This document shows, one piece after another, positions 28,169 through 40,750 of a stretch of 64,000 nt of DNA. The stretch comes from Octopus vulgaris. Taxonomy: Eukaryota. Position 1 is the first letter of the stretch, and each line of letters begins with the position of its first letter. The stretch lies in contig OX597830.1 in assembly GCA_951406725.2 (NCBI GenBank), positions 66,340,001 to 66,404,000 of the forward strand, given 5' to 3'. Under the pieces are notes generated by a model. That model saw nothing but the letters and a program-made list of their open reading frames with translations, was not told the DNA's origin and made no database searches. The translations under genes were made by a program, and so were the position numbers.

Positions 28169-28828
28169 TCTAAGTACAACACCCTACCCATTAAGCCACA
28201 TGCCTCCACTATGAGTAGTAGAGAGTGTCTATGCCTGTTTGCGACTAAATAAGCACTTTAAACAATTAGCGAAAGCATATTACATGCTACCAAGTCATTA
28301 TCATTCATGAGTGACTTGTTATAGTTTTTATGGTTTTTTGTACAGTAAAAGGAATAAAAAGAAACATTGTCTTTTCTTGGTTTACTTGCTTGCTCAAGTG
28401 TGCTTGTCATTTGGTGCTTGCCCTTTTAAGATCGTCACAAATGTGAAAAAATAGTTGAAGACCAGAGAGAGAGAGAGAGAGAGACAGAGACAGAGAGAGA
28501 GAGAGACAGAGAGGGAGGGAGGGAGAGAGAGAGAGAGAGAAGAAAAAAAGAAAATAGAATAGAAAATGAAAATTTTGGAAATGGTAAGTGTTTTGATCTG
28601 AGACAGTCTTTTGGAACTAAAACAATTTACAGCATGTAAGACACTTATTAGTTTTGAAGTTTGGTACAAGTGTAGCAGGTTTGTGGGGATGAGTTAAGAC
28701 TACACTAGTCCCTTGACTATCGCGAGTGTTATGTTCCAACCCCCACCCCCTGCAATAGGTGGAAATCCACAAAGTAGAAACAGTACTTTACTGTATGTTT
28801 TTTTTTTTTATTTTTATAATTAGTATAT

Positions 28829-29228
28829 AGGCGCAGGAGTGGCTGTGTGGTAAGTAGCTTGCTAACCAACCACATGGTTCTGGGTTCAGTCCCACTGCGT
28901 GACATCTTGGGCAAGTGTCTTCTGCTATAGCCCCGGGCCGACCAATGCCTTGTGAGTGGATTTGGTAGACGGAAACTGAAAGAAGCCTGTCGTATATATA
29001 TATATATTATATGTATGCTTGTGTATATGTGTCTCCCTAGCATTGCTTGACAACCGATGCTGGTGTGTTTACGTCCCCGTCACTTAGCGGTTCAGCCAAA
29101 GAGACCGATAGAATAAGTACTGGGCTTACAAAGAATAAGTCCCGGGGTCGAGTTGCTCGACTAAAGGTGGTGCTCCAGCATGGCCGCAGTCAAATGACTG
29201 AAACAAGTAAAAGAGAAAAAGAGAAAGA
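28829..29228 (+). mobile_element. SINE family A, full length
   Basis: Same family sequence. Confidence 0.93.
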
Positions 29229-29507
29229 GATTTATTTTATTATAAATGCAAAACAGCATCACACACTCACCTCCTGGGTTTCGTTTTCCATACAGTATGT
29301 GCAATTCTTTATTTACTTATCTACGGTACATTACATATTTTCTTTTTATATATTTTAATTTATATGTTATACAGAGCAGTACTGTATTTTTATTTATCAA
29401 TTTATCAATTTTTAAACATGAAAACACTTATTTTACCACAAAAATAAAATGTAAAAAATATAAATACCTATTGGCCACAGAAACCTTTGATATAAATTTA
29501 CAGATAT

Positions 29508-29900
29508 TACTCTTTTACTTGTTTCAGTCATTTGATTGTGGCCATGCTGGAGCACCATCTTTAGTCGAGCACATCGACCCCAGGACTTATTCTTTGTAAG
29601 CCTAGTACTTATTCTATCGATCTCTTTTGCTGAACTGCTAAATTACGGGGATGTAAACACACCAGCATTGGTTGTCAAGCGATGTTGGGGGCACAAACTC
29701 ATACACACACACACACATATATATATACATATATACGACGGGTTTCTTTCAGTTTCCGCCTACCAAATCCACTCACAAGGTTTTGGTCGGCCTGAGGCTA
29801 TAGTAGAAGACACTTGTCTGAGGTGCCACGCAGTGGGACTGAACCCGGAACCATGTGGTTGGTAAGCAAGCTACTTACCACACAGCCTCTCCTGTGCCTA
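29508..29900 (-). mobile_element. SINE family A, full length
   Basis: Same family sequence, inverted. Confidence 0.93.
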
Positions 29901-30293
29901 TTAGCCAGAAAAATCCGCGATGTACTGGGGGCGTGATAGGTGAACCGTGATATGGCGAGTGATTACTGTATTACATCAACCCCAGTGCTCAACTGGTATT
30001 TATTTTATTGATCCTAAAATGATGAAAGGCAAAGTCGACCTCAGCGAGATTTGAACTTAGAATGTAAAGATGAACGAAAAGTCACTAAGCATTTTTTCCA
30101 ATGTGCTAAAGACACATATTAAGCCATTCAAAAGCATCAAAAACTATTAACTTCTCTTAAAGATTTATTGTTTAATGTCAAAATTTTCATCATACCAACA
30201 GAGACCTGGTCACTGACATGGTTGTAATGGTACTCTAATAGTGACCAGGTCACAGTTGATGTAATGAAAATTATGATACTAAATAGCAAATGT

Positions 30294-30745
30294 TTAACCC
30301 TTTAGTATTCAGCTTTCTCTGTCAAATGTAATGCTTATTTATTTGCATTTTTGAAAATTAACCCTTTAGTGTTTGAACCAGCTGTATCCGGCCCAAATAT
30401 TCTACACATTTTATGCTCAAACTGGCCAGAACATGCATCTCACACCTACCCTGCAATGTCACTCCAAAAATAAGCAATTACATCTTTCCTATCTTGAAGG
30501 TTCAAAATAATATCAGATAAATTTTTTTAAATGTGAATAAATAAGGATTATTTTTGACAAATTAATCTGAACGCTAAAGGGTTAATCATGTGTTATCTTG
30601 TAACTTAGAGATTTTGAAGATGTGATTGCTTATTTTTAGAATGGCATTATGGAGTAGGTCTGATATGCTGAATCTGGCTAGTTTGAACATAAAGCGGGTA
30701 GAATATTTGGGCTGGATATGTCCAGTTTATATGCTAAAAGGTTAA
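30294..30745. mobile_element. TTAA-flanked MITE with an inverted self-copy nested at 30358-30585
   Basis: Same architecture as 25494-25936. Confidence 0.8.
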
Positions 30746-30978
30746 GTGAAGTTAAAGTTTTTGTGTTTTTCAAAGGCTAATATCAATCTTCCTCATGTGT
30801 GTGTGGGGTGGGTGGGTGAAAAACACAAATTTGAGAGATATGGAAATATTTTTTAGTCCTTGGTCTTTGATAATCCTTAAAAGTGTAAAGACCTCCTTCA
30901 ATAATGAATGACCATGAGATTGCATCTAGAAAGTTCCCCTCAGAGGCACAAGTCTGGGCAAGGTTGTTCGTGGAAGAC

Positions 30979-31110
30979 TTGTTCAAAGAGATCGAGATGA
31001 AAAGGATCGCTTGCATACGACTCGACTTGCCGTTCGGAGTGACGTGCTTAGTAGAGCAGCTACCACGCTGCGATCTATTGAGTCTCTTCTCACGAACGAC
31101 ACGATTCGAT
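30979..31110 (+). pseudogene. Retrocopied 3'-terminal fragment of 28S (LSU) rRNA
   Basis: A CpG-rich island containing tagtagagcagctaccacgctgcgatctattga (31049-31081), which matches the conserved metazoan 28S 3' end (…tagcagagcagctccctcgctgcgatctattga…), with an upstream gcatacgac/gtagacgac motif. Confidence 0.8.
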
Positions 31111-31343
31111 AAGGTGGTGAGCTGGCAGAATCGTTAGCACGCCGGCTGAAATGCATAGCCGTATTTCGTCTGCCGTTACGTTCTGAGTTCAAATTCTGCC
31201 GAGGTCGACTTTGCCTTTCATCCTTTCGGGGTCAATAAATTAAGTACCAGTTACGCACTGGGGTCGATCTAATCGACTTAATCCGTTTGTCTGTCCTTGT
31301 TTGTCCCCTCTGTGTTTAGCCCCTTGTGGGTAGTAAAGAAATA
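31111..31343 (+). mobile_element. SINE family B, full length with tail
   Basis: Head aaggtggtgagctggcagaatcgttagc; tail gccccttgtgggtagtaaagaaata. Confidence 0.9.
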
Positions 31344-31833
31344 GGTTGTTTATGGAAGACCAGCAGTCACCCATGCATACCAGCCTCCCCTTTCCACGCC
31401 ACTGATATTATCCAAGGGAAAGGCAAAGGTTGACACAGCTTGGCACCAGTGACATAGCACCTCATTTCTACAGCTGAATGAACTGGAGCAATGTGAATTA
31501 AAGTGTTTTGCTTGCTCAAGAACACAACACACAACCCAGTGTGGGTATTAAACTTACTACCTCATGATTGTGAGCTTGTGGCTCTACCCACTGAGCCATG
31601 CACTTTCAATATATATTAAGGCAGTGAGCTGGCAGAATTGTTGGCACTTTGGGCAAAATGCCTAGTGGTATTTTGTCCATCTTTATTTTCTGAGTTCAAA
31701 TTCTGCCACAGTTGACATTGCCTTTCATCCTTTCAGCATCAATAAAGTAGGTACCAAATGAGCAATGGAGTCAATGTAAGACTTGTCTTCTCTCCTGAAA
31801 TTGCTGAATTTGTGCCAAAATTTGAAACCAATA

Positions 31834-32060
31834 TTAACCCTTTAGTGTTCAGATTATTCTATCAAACATAATGCTTATTGATTCCCATTGATTTGAATTA
31901 ATCATGCATTATCTCATATCTTCAAGATCTTGATGGTGTAATTACTTAATGTTGAATAACATTGTAGGGTAGGTGTGAGAGCCTGGACCTGGTCAGTTTG
32001 AACATAAAACAGATTAAATATTTTGGCTGGATATGGCCGGTTTAAATACTAAAGGGTTAA
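31834..32060. mobile_element. TTAA-flanked MITE, uninterrupted (other copies at 43180-43362 and 63730-63876)
   Basis: ttaaccctttagt...actaaagggttaa. Confidence 0.85.
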
Positions 32061-33071
32061 TTTAGATTTTACGCAAAGTAACGGCACAATATATCACTGG
32101 AGATTATCATGTTTGCATCTAGTAGACTCAATGGGATTTGATCTCAGAAGAATGAGATATTGAATTAGATACAATAAAAGCATTCAGTCCCATGTTCTCT
32201 CTTCATGGCCAACCTCGTTCTTCACCAATCTTGTTCTTCAAAAATACAGAAAAATCTTTGTTTGTTGATTACGTTTTAGTATAAAAAAAAAAATGAAAAT
32301 AATCTGTGTAAATATGAAGAATTAAACTTTTAAATCAATTTGAATGTGTTTTTTTTTTCTACTTATCAATTTCTCCCCCAAGCATCTTAAAGGAATATAC
32401 GATCAATTTTTTGCATACTGAAGAGGATTCCAAGAGGATTCCAAGCATGTGCAGGCTCTTCTCGAGTGGAAGATCTCACATTAAATGCAAGGCCGCACAA
32501 GTCAAGCATCATTGATTTATAATTTTATAGGAGAAATTGAAAGTGCAGAACTTGATAATAAGTTTTCATCTGACTGCTGGGTGGTTTGTTAAAAATTCTG
32601 ATTCTAAAATATGGCTCCAGGCATCATCCAGGCAGCCACCCGTCTCTACCCTTTGACTTCAAGTTTAAGTGTTTATAGGTTTAAAACATACCACTCTTAA
32701 ATGTGGAGCTGCTGTAGATATTTTTGTTTTGCATTTGTTTGCTTTTTTTTTTTTGTATTTTTATTGTTAAAAGCAATTTTAATATTAAACGTAATTTTGC
32801 GGATAAATCTTTTGGGGTGTTTTTAAAAGAGATATTTTAGAGTAGCTTCCCGTTGCTTTATCTATTAAAACTTGGTTATGTGATATCGTTAAGAAGTTTG
32901 CTCTTCAACCACATGGTACAATTACACTGAGCAGCACTTTGAGTTGACCAATGACTTGCGAATAGAATTTATGGATACAGGTTCTGTGAAAATATGTCGA
33001 GCATGTGTGTGTGTGTGTGCACATGCATTTATGTGTGCAAATGTGTGTGTGTGTATGGATATATGTACATA

Positions 33072-33104
<33 letters not shown>

Positions 33105-33186
33105 TGGTAAAAACGGTAAGATAACAAAAGAAAGAAAGAGACCTCAATATTATGTAAATAGAAGAATTTATCTGTAAATGTAATAT

Positions 33187-33283
33187 GTGACAATTATTCA
33201 GATAACTGAAGAGATGGTGGTGTGGATTTCCACATCAGCATCCGAAACTCAGAGTTTTATCTTGGCTACCGAATAATTGTCAC
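33187..33283 (+). ncRNA. Type I hammerhead ribozyme motif (HHR1)
   Basis: Stem I agataa(33200-05)/ttatct(33257-62), extended by gtgacaattattc/gaataattgtcac. Core CUGAAGA at 33206-12. Stem II is 13 bp (gatggtggtgtgg/ccacatcagcatc, one mismatch, one extra C). GAAA at 33244-47; stem III ACU/AGU; GUU triplet at 33254-56. Confidence 0.75.
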
Positions 33284-33349
33284 CGCATGTGTACCGTTGG
33301 CGATTTTTTTTCCTCCGTCTTCCCTTCTCTGGATCTTTCCTTTTCCTAT

Positions 33350-33384
33350 GTTTCTGATGAAGAGCTCCGCTCGAAACGTTAAAC
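33350..33384 (+). ncRNA. Minimal type I hammerhead motif (HHR2), Penelope-type
   Basis: GUUU-CUGAUGA-A-GAGC(UCC)GCUC-GAAAC-GUU-AAAC: 4-bp stem I, 4-bp stem II and palindromic ACGU stem III. Confidence 0.75.
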
Positions 33385-33633
33385 CCTCCTTCTTTCCTTC
33401 CTTCCTGAGCGTCCAATAATACTATACTTGTTCCACGTCCTCGCATTGTTGTGTTTTCTCTTTGTGTTTTCATGCTTGGATTAACTTTATATATATATGT
33501 ATATATATACACGCATATATATATATATAGCTTTGGTAGTTAAACAAGTGAAATAGAACTCAATACGTGGATATATATATATACACTTTTAATATTTTTA
33601 ATTGGCATAAAATTACAAAAGAATATATATATA

Positions 33634-33684
<51 letters not shown>

Positions 33685-33749
33685 ATGAAGGTAAGTAAAA
33701 AATTATACACTGTAATCTTTTAAAACAAAAGCAAGTTTGAACAATTATA

Positions 33750-34020
33750 TCATTTTTTGACATAGTCTCTCTCCTTGCATTTTGATGCACTTCTTACAGT
33801 AGTGCACAAGTTTGCATATTCCATTGGAGAAGAAGGTTGTTGGTTGGTTGTGCAACCATATATGCAGTACTTTTTGCCCTTTGCCTGTAGTAAATTGATG
33901 ACCTCATGAAGATGTTTGAGCAGTCCAAGGAGGTGATAGTAAAAAGGGGAGAAATCTGGTCTGTATGCAGGGTGTCCCAGCAACTCAAAATCCCAGTCAT
34001 TTTTAATGGTTTCAATGTGT
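33750..34020 (-). pseudogene. Mariner-family transposase C-terminal relic (frameshifted)
   Basis: FELLGHPAYRPDFSPFYYHLLGLLK corresponds to the mariner HPxYSPDLAPSDYHLF motif. The next frame gives WLHNQPTTFFSNGICKLV..KKC, then DYVKK*. Confidence 0.85.
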
Positions 34021-35212
34021 GTATGTGTGGGGGTGGTACATGGAGCTTTCTTTTTATTCTTTATGAAGAAGATCAACAAACTATTTTTTATAAAATACAT
34101 AAAACATTTTTTTCGCCTTTCTTTAATTTCACTGCTCTCTCTTGAGAAAGAGCTTCTGCACGAAATGTTGATACTTTTTCTATCTCCACATGGCTTAATA
34201 TAGTGGCATTGTTTTATTTTTAGCATAATTTTTTGGGGGAGGGATTACTTTTATCAAATGCAGATCAACAAGTAGATTACTTGGATTCTAGATTTGTTAC
34301 CTTTTTATATTTCTTTTTTAGTATATTTCTAAAAAAAAAAATGTCCTGTATAGTCTTGTTATCAGTAACTTTACTGAGTAATTCCATACAAGTGGTAATT
34401 CACGGAGATATATCACTGATAAAGGCAAATGGTTGGAGTTTGAAGTTTGTAACATCAATGTGGGAAGAATGTGATATTTTATTGTGACATCACAAAATGT
34501 CAAGGAAGGTCAGCATGTACTTTCTACGATAGTAGCAATCTAATTGCAAGTGGTTATGTTGATTGTAATACACACAATAGAAGCTGTGATTGCTTTTACT
34601 ACTTATTTTTCATTATTGTATCATAAAAGAACAAATGTCATTGAATATCTTTCGGAAAAATATCAAAATGACACAATTTATTCCAGTCTTTATTTCACAG
34701 ATAATGAAGCAAATTTAATGCTAATTATTTGTTCACAAAATCTTATTGAGACTGACCATTGTTGCAATGTTAGCTAGATTTACAACTAAACGTTTGTAAT
34801 TGATGAAAATCAGTGAGGTCCAGAAAAAAAAAATACATATAAATATATATGTACAAAGAAATATCCTTATAGTTTGTGAGAACCTGACCTTTTAATTTCC
34901 TTCGTTTTCACTCTTGGTGTTGTATGTTGGTTTAAAGCTGGTCTGGTTTTCTGTTGATATTACAGAAAAACAAAGCCTTTTTATACAGTCAAGCGATTAA
35001 ACCTGTTAACAGATGACATTTGTTCTGTGATTATAATTTTCTTTATAAGGACTCCATGCATCAACCTTTTCCATTTATTTACTGTGATTTTGTTATGAAA
35101 GATCAGCGAATCAGGTACAGTGATTGTAGTTCTGTTAATCCCAGGAAAATTGGTCGTTCTTGCTTCAAGAGCAAATTGACATTTTGAAGCTATTGTTGTT
35201 CTTTTGGGAAAT

Positions 35213-35251
35213 CTACTACTACCACCACCACCACCACCACCACCACCACTA

Positions 35252-35300
<49 letters not shown>

Positions 35301-35315
35301 CATTGCTACCGTTAC

Positions 35316-35348
<33 letters not shown>

Positions 35349-35357
35349 TGCTACCGT

Positions 35358-35390
<33 letters not shown>

Positions 35391-35423
35391 TGCTACCGTT
35401 ACTACTACTACTACTACTACTAT

Positions 35424-35520
<97 letters not shown>

Positions 35521-35528
35521 GCTACCGT

Positions 35529-35582
<54 letters not shown>

Positions 35583-35638
35583 CACCACCACCACCACCAC
35601 CACTGCTACCGTTACTACTGCTGCTGCTGCTGCTCATG

Positions 35639-35673
<35 letters not shown>

Positions 35674-35686
35674 GCTGCTGCTGTTG
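35213..35686. repeat. (CTA)n/(CCA)n compound microsatellite with recurring ctgctaccgtta spacer
   Basis: Direct inspection. Confidence 0.95.
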
Positions 35687-35910
35687 CCAAGTCATTAGGA
35701 TACTGGATGATTAAGAGGTCAGTGAGTTATGTCCTATTACAGTCATTCTACTATATATAGCTCAGATTGATACAGTAAGCTCTCATTGGTTAAGTCAACC
35801 TCACTGTCAGTATTACACCATGGGTTGGTACTAATTCCCTACTATAAACTGTGGCTTTCACATAAAACTTGTGAGTAATTTGCTGACTTGCTATTCTTTC
35901 CATGGGAGTA

Positions 35911-36810
35911 AAAGTCAACTAGTCTGGTGTGATACTGTAACTCTACTTTAATCTGAGATTTCCAAGAACTGGTGGATGAAGTATATATTTTATTGTCACT
36001 TTAACCTTTAGAATGCTTAGACACATCATGGTGCGGTATGAATTTTCTCCCTTGTAGATACAGGTGCATTGTGTTGCATTGAGAGGGGAGAAAACTTGTA
36101 TGGTGACATGATGCGTCTACAGCATGCTAAAGGTTAAAGTCAACTAGTCTATTGTGATACTGTAACTGCACTTTAATCTGAGATTTCCAAGAACTGGCGG
36201 ATGAAGTATATTTTATTGTCTCTAACCTTTAGCATGCTTAGGCATATCATGGTGCAGTATGAATTTTCTCCCCTCTAGATTATATATATATACATTGTGT
36301 TGCATTGAGAGGGGAGAAAACTTGTATGGTGACATGATGCGTCTACAGCATGCTAAAGGTTAAAGTCAACTAGTCTATTGTGATACTGTAACTGCACTTT
36401 AATCTGAGATTTCCAAGAACTGGTGGATGAAGTATATATTTTATTGTCACTTTAACCTTTAGAATGCTTAGGCATATCATGGTGCAGTATGAATTTTCTC
36501 CCCTGTAGATACAGGTGCATTGTGTTGCATTGAGAGAGGAGAAAACTTGTATGGTGACATGATGCATCTACAGCATGCTAAAGGTTAAAGTCAATTAGTC
36601 TATTGTGATACTGTAACTGCACTTTAATCTGAGATTTCCAAGAACTGGCGGATGAAGTACATTTTATTGTCTCTAACCTTTAGCATGCTTAGGCATATCA
36701 TGGTGCAGTATGAATTTTCTTCCCTGTAGATACAGGTGCATTGTGTTGCATTGAGAGGGGAGAAAACTTGTATGGTGACATGATGCGTCTACAGCATGCT
36801 AAAGGTTAAA
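35911..36810. repeat. Four tandem ~225-bp units, each containing a ~135-bp hairpin MITE (taacctttagcatgct...agcatgctaaaggtta)
   Basis: Units start at 35911, 36136, 36362 and 36587. Confidence 0.92.
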
Positions 36811-37022
36811 GGATGCTAGTCATTTGCTCTGAGAAGATATTCCTTCTTTCCTATACTTGCGAGGAGGGACATCTTTGGCATGTTCTTTTATTGCTGTTGT
36901 TGTATCTGGTTTATCAATCTGGCGTCGGCCAATCGGTTGTAATTGTCTAGATGCTGATGAATTGGCTCAGCTGATTGGACACTCAGCCTATTTTTGGCAA
37001 CTGTACATTTTATCACTGAAAG

Positions 37023-37104
<82 letters not shown>

Positions 37105-37784
37105 TACACACATGGATGCATGCATGTGGATGCAGAAATATATACATACAGGTACAGAGAGTAAGAGAAAGAGAGAAAGAAAGAGAGAGAGAGGGAGGGA
37201 GAGAGAGAGAAAGAAAGAAAGAAAGAAAGAGAGGAAAAAATTACATATACATACAACCATAACTAGATGCTCACATGAAAAAACAGAGAGGGAAAGAAAG
37301 AGAGAGAGAGAGAGAAAGTAAGAGACAGAGAGAGGGAGAGGGAAAGAGATAAAAGAAGAGAGAGAAAGAGATGAAGGAAGAGAGAGAGAGAGAGAGAGAG
37401 AGAAAGTGAAGGGAAATAGATAAAAGAAGAGAGAGATAGAGATAAAGGAAGAGAGAGAGAAAGAAAGAGAGAACATATTAAAATATCTGATGTCAAATAA
37501 GTCTATGACGAATCAGTGATGCCAAGTAGGTGGTGCCAAAATGGCTGTGCCAAAATATCTTGAACCCTCTTAACCTTATTTGCTCGGATGACTCAGCCAA
37601 GAAATGAGTCTTTCAAAATAATTTCTCTCAAAATCATTAAATGGAAAAAACCCCATTCAAACCTGTCTGCATAGCTACACAGTCATATCTCTAGTATTTA
37701 TATTGACCTTTCGTTTTTAGTCTCTTTATCAGCTTACTATCATTTATTGTTCTCCATTTGTTGCATATCCTGTATGTGTGCATA

Positions 37785-37956
37785 GGGCGCAGGAGTGGCT
37801 GTGTAGTAAGTAGCTTGCTTAACAACCACATGGTTCCGGGTTCAGTCCCACTCCGTGGCACCTTGGGCAAGTGTCATCTGCTATAGCCTCGGGCCGACCA
37901 AAGCCTTGTGAGTGGATTTGGTAGACGGAAACTGTAAGAAGCCTGTCGTATATATG

Positions 37957-37989
<33 letters not shown>

Positions 37990-38332
37990 GTCTCATAACT
38001 GACTATAAAAGGGTAAAGACCCCCTTTGGTCACGAACGACCATGGAATTCCACCTAGTAACCGCTAAGTTACGGGGATGTAAACACACCACCATCAGTTG
38101 TCAAGCAATGTTGGGCGGGGGGACAAAAACAAACATACAAACATATACACACACACACACACATACATATACATACATATATACGACAGGCTTCTTTCAG
38201 TTTCCATCTACCAAATCCACTCACAAGGCTTTGGTTGGCCCGAGGCTATAGTAGAAGACATTTGCCCAAGGTGCCACGCAGTGGGACTGAACCCGGAACC
38301 ATGTGGTTGGTAAGCAAGCTACTTACCACACA
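37785..38332. mobile_element. Two SINE-A portions in inverted orientation (37785-37950 +; 38057-38332 -)
   Basis: Family A sequence. Confidence 0.85.
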
Positions 38333-38575
38333 GTGTACTGTCTTCAAATATACTGAATGCCCAACCGAAGCAAATCCTCAGCATCCAAGCAGCTGTGCCA
38401 AATCATCTCATCTTGGGTAGAAGACATTTTGCAACAAGGTGCTGCATTATTGGTGGAACCAAATGTTTGCAAAGCAAAGTGTCATAAATATTGCAACTTC
38501 GGCGCCGCTCAACCATTTATTTGCATCATGTTATGATGTCTTAGACATCATGACCTTGACTTTCTCTTGTTTGCC

Positions 38576-38700
<125 letters not shown>

Positions 38701-39795
38701 TCACCTCTTGCTCCTTATGCAAAAAGAATTCATAGATTTTTTTTCTTTCTTCGAAATACCCTTCACTAAAATTGTTCAATATTTTATGGATTAATGATTT
38801 TAATCTATTACAAAGATATACAAAATCTGCCGGAAAGTAGAGAGAGAGAGAGGGAGAGAGAAAGAGAGAAAGAGGGAGAGAGAGAGAGATGGGGTGGGGT
38901 GGGGTGGAGGGTGGTGGGGAGATTAATAAAAAAAAAAAGATACTTGTCATCAACACCAAATGATTTTATTTGATTTTTTTCTTTTTAAAAGAACTCTTTC
39001 TCTATAATTCTTCTATTTCATCATTTTATTTATTTTTTTTTTTTGATGAAAGAATTTTTTTTTTGGGGTTTTTTTTTTCTGCACATATTTTGCTGCTTCT
39101 CACCTTAGTGGGACGAAGACTGATTATGCTGTAACTAAATTCCTTTTATAACTGAAGTCTGTTCTGCTGAAGTGTTATCAAAAAAATATTCTTCTCAAAT
39201 TTCTTGTTAAGCATCAATTGTGTTTATTACTCGGTTTATAATGAGACACTGGAAATCTTAGATCAGTACTTCTTGTACATCCTATAGGTTGTGTGTTTGT
39301 TGTTGTTGTTTAACCCTGGGCCAGTTTCATCGAGTAGAACTATGATCAAAAGGCATTCCAGTTATGATCATCCTGTTCTTCTAGAATTATGTAGGACTAC
39401 ATTATGCAATGTATCATTTCTATATTGAAGATAATTTGAGGGAAATTTACTTACTATATTTAGCTGGTTGAGACACCATATAAAGATCTCCCCCACCCCC
39501 ACCCCCACCCCGTGTTGGCATCCTGCTTTCTTTTATCTGTTACTTATTTCGGTCATTGGACTCATAACCATGCTTTGGCAACATTTGAAGGGTTTTAGTT
39601 GAAAAAAAAATTGATCTTGGTACTTATGTACTTTTATTAAAGTCTGGTATTCGTTCTAGTCTGTCCATTTTGTTGAACCACGAGGTTACAGGGCCATGAA
39701 CAAACTCACACCAGTTGTTAAGCAATAGTAGTGATGGTAGGGGGTGTAGGACAACCACATAGACACATATATAATAGATCCATACTACTTCTCTC

Positions 39796-39846
<51 letters not shown>

Positions 39847-39847
<1 letters not shown>

Positions 39848-40750
39848 CTAACTGACGTACCTGGTAATTCCTGGAAAAGCGGGGTTTATCCCCTGGTTTC
39901 ATTCTCATAATTGTTTTCGCTAATCCAATAACAACAATTCAAAGTATATAGCCCTTAAAACAGTTTTTGTGCATTTACAGAGAATACCAAACCATCTTAC
40001 GCAGGATATTGTTTTTAGGAATTCCCAATATGTTATGAATACCCAAATTGTGAAGTCAGTTATGTAATAACATGAAATTAGTTAACAGATAGTAAGAATT
40101 CAAATAAAGTAGCCCTGAAAAGGGCTTTAATGCCTTCCCAGAGTATATTGAACTTAGGAGGAAATACTAATATAGTATGTATACTAAAATTGTGAAGCAT
40201 GTTATGTAATAACAGGCTAATCAGATATGAGATAGCAGCAATTCAAAGTAAATAACTCTGAAAAGGGCTTTTGTGCTTTCCCAAAGAATATTACCCTTAG
40301 GAGCAACAGTGTTTGTATATTCGTGAATAAGTCACTAACAAAAATAAGTGGATCTATTGTTTAGGAAAATACTATTTACTTGTTTAAGGGTTCTACTGGA
40401 TAAATTGCGAAAATAACTCTAACAGTTAAAATACTAAGAAATAAGCATACTCAATTTGATTTATACCAAATGATTTAGGAAAATGAATGGGTTATTTCAC
40501 TTGGCTGTTAAAATATGGCCATATAGGTTATTTCCCTTGGGTGTTAAAATGACATATATTATATATGTATATATAAGGATCCCTTCCAGGGGGCCTTATT
40601 ATCAATTTTTTCAACAATCTGAGTATGCTATGAGGTTTCCAGATATGAGTTCTACTCACGTGTTAAGTTTCATCAAAATTGATAAAATGATGTAGGAGGA
40701 GTTAGCTAACAACTCCACAAACACACCCACAGACAGAATTTCCCACATAT
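39847..40750 (-). mobile_element. Probable degenerate non-autonomous Helitron
   Basis: The left end actaactgacgtacctggtaattcctgg resembles a mutated actag plus hairpin; internal ~120-bp repeats; the right end (…aagtttcatcaaaatt…acacacccacagacag) resembles the other Helitron ends. Confidence 0.5.

Larger units (their letters stand above)
30885..31608 (-). mobile_element. SINE family C interrupted by the 28S/SINE-B chimera
   Basis: The halves 30885-30978 and 31343-31608 join to match 9175-9505. Confidence 0.8.
33102..33489 (+). mobile_element. (TA)n-embedded non-coding element carrying two hammerhead motifs (Penelope-like pLTR or retrozyme-like)
   Basis: Bounded by (TA)n and contains the two HHR motifs below; its right half is homologous to 46975-47140. 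Confidence 0.65.
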
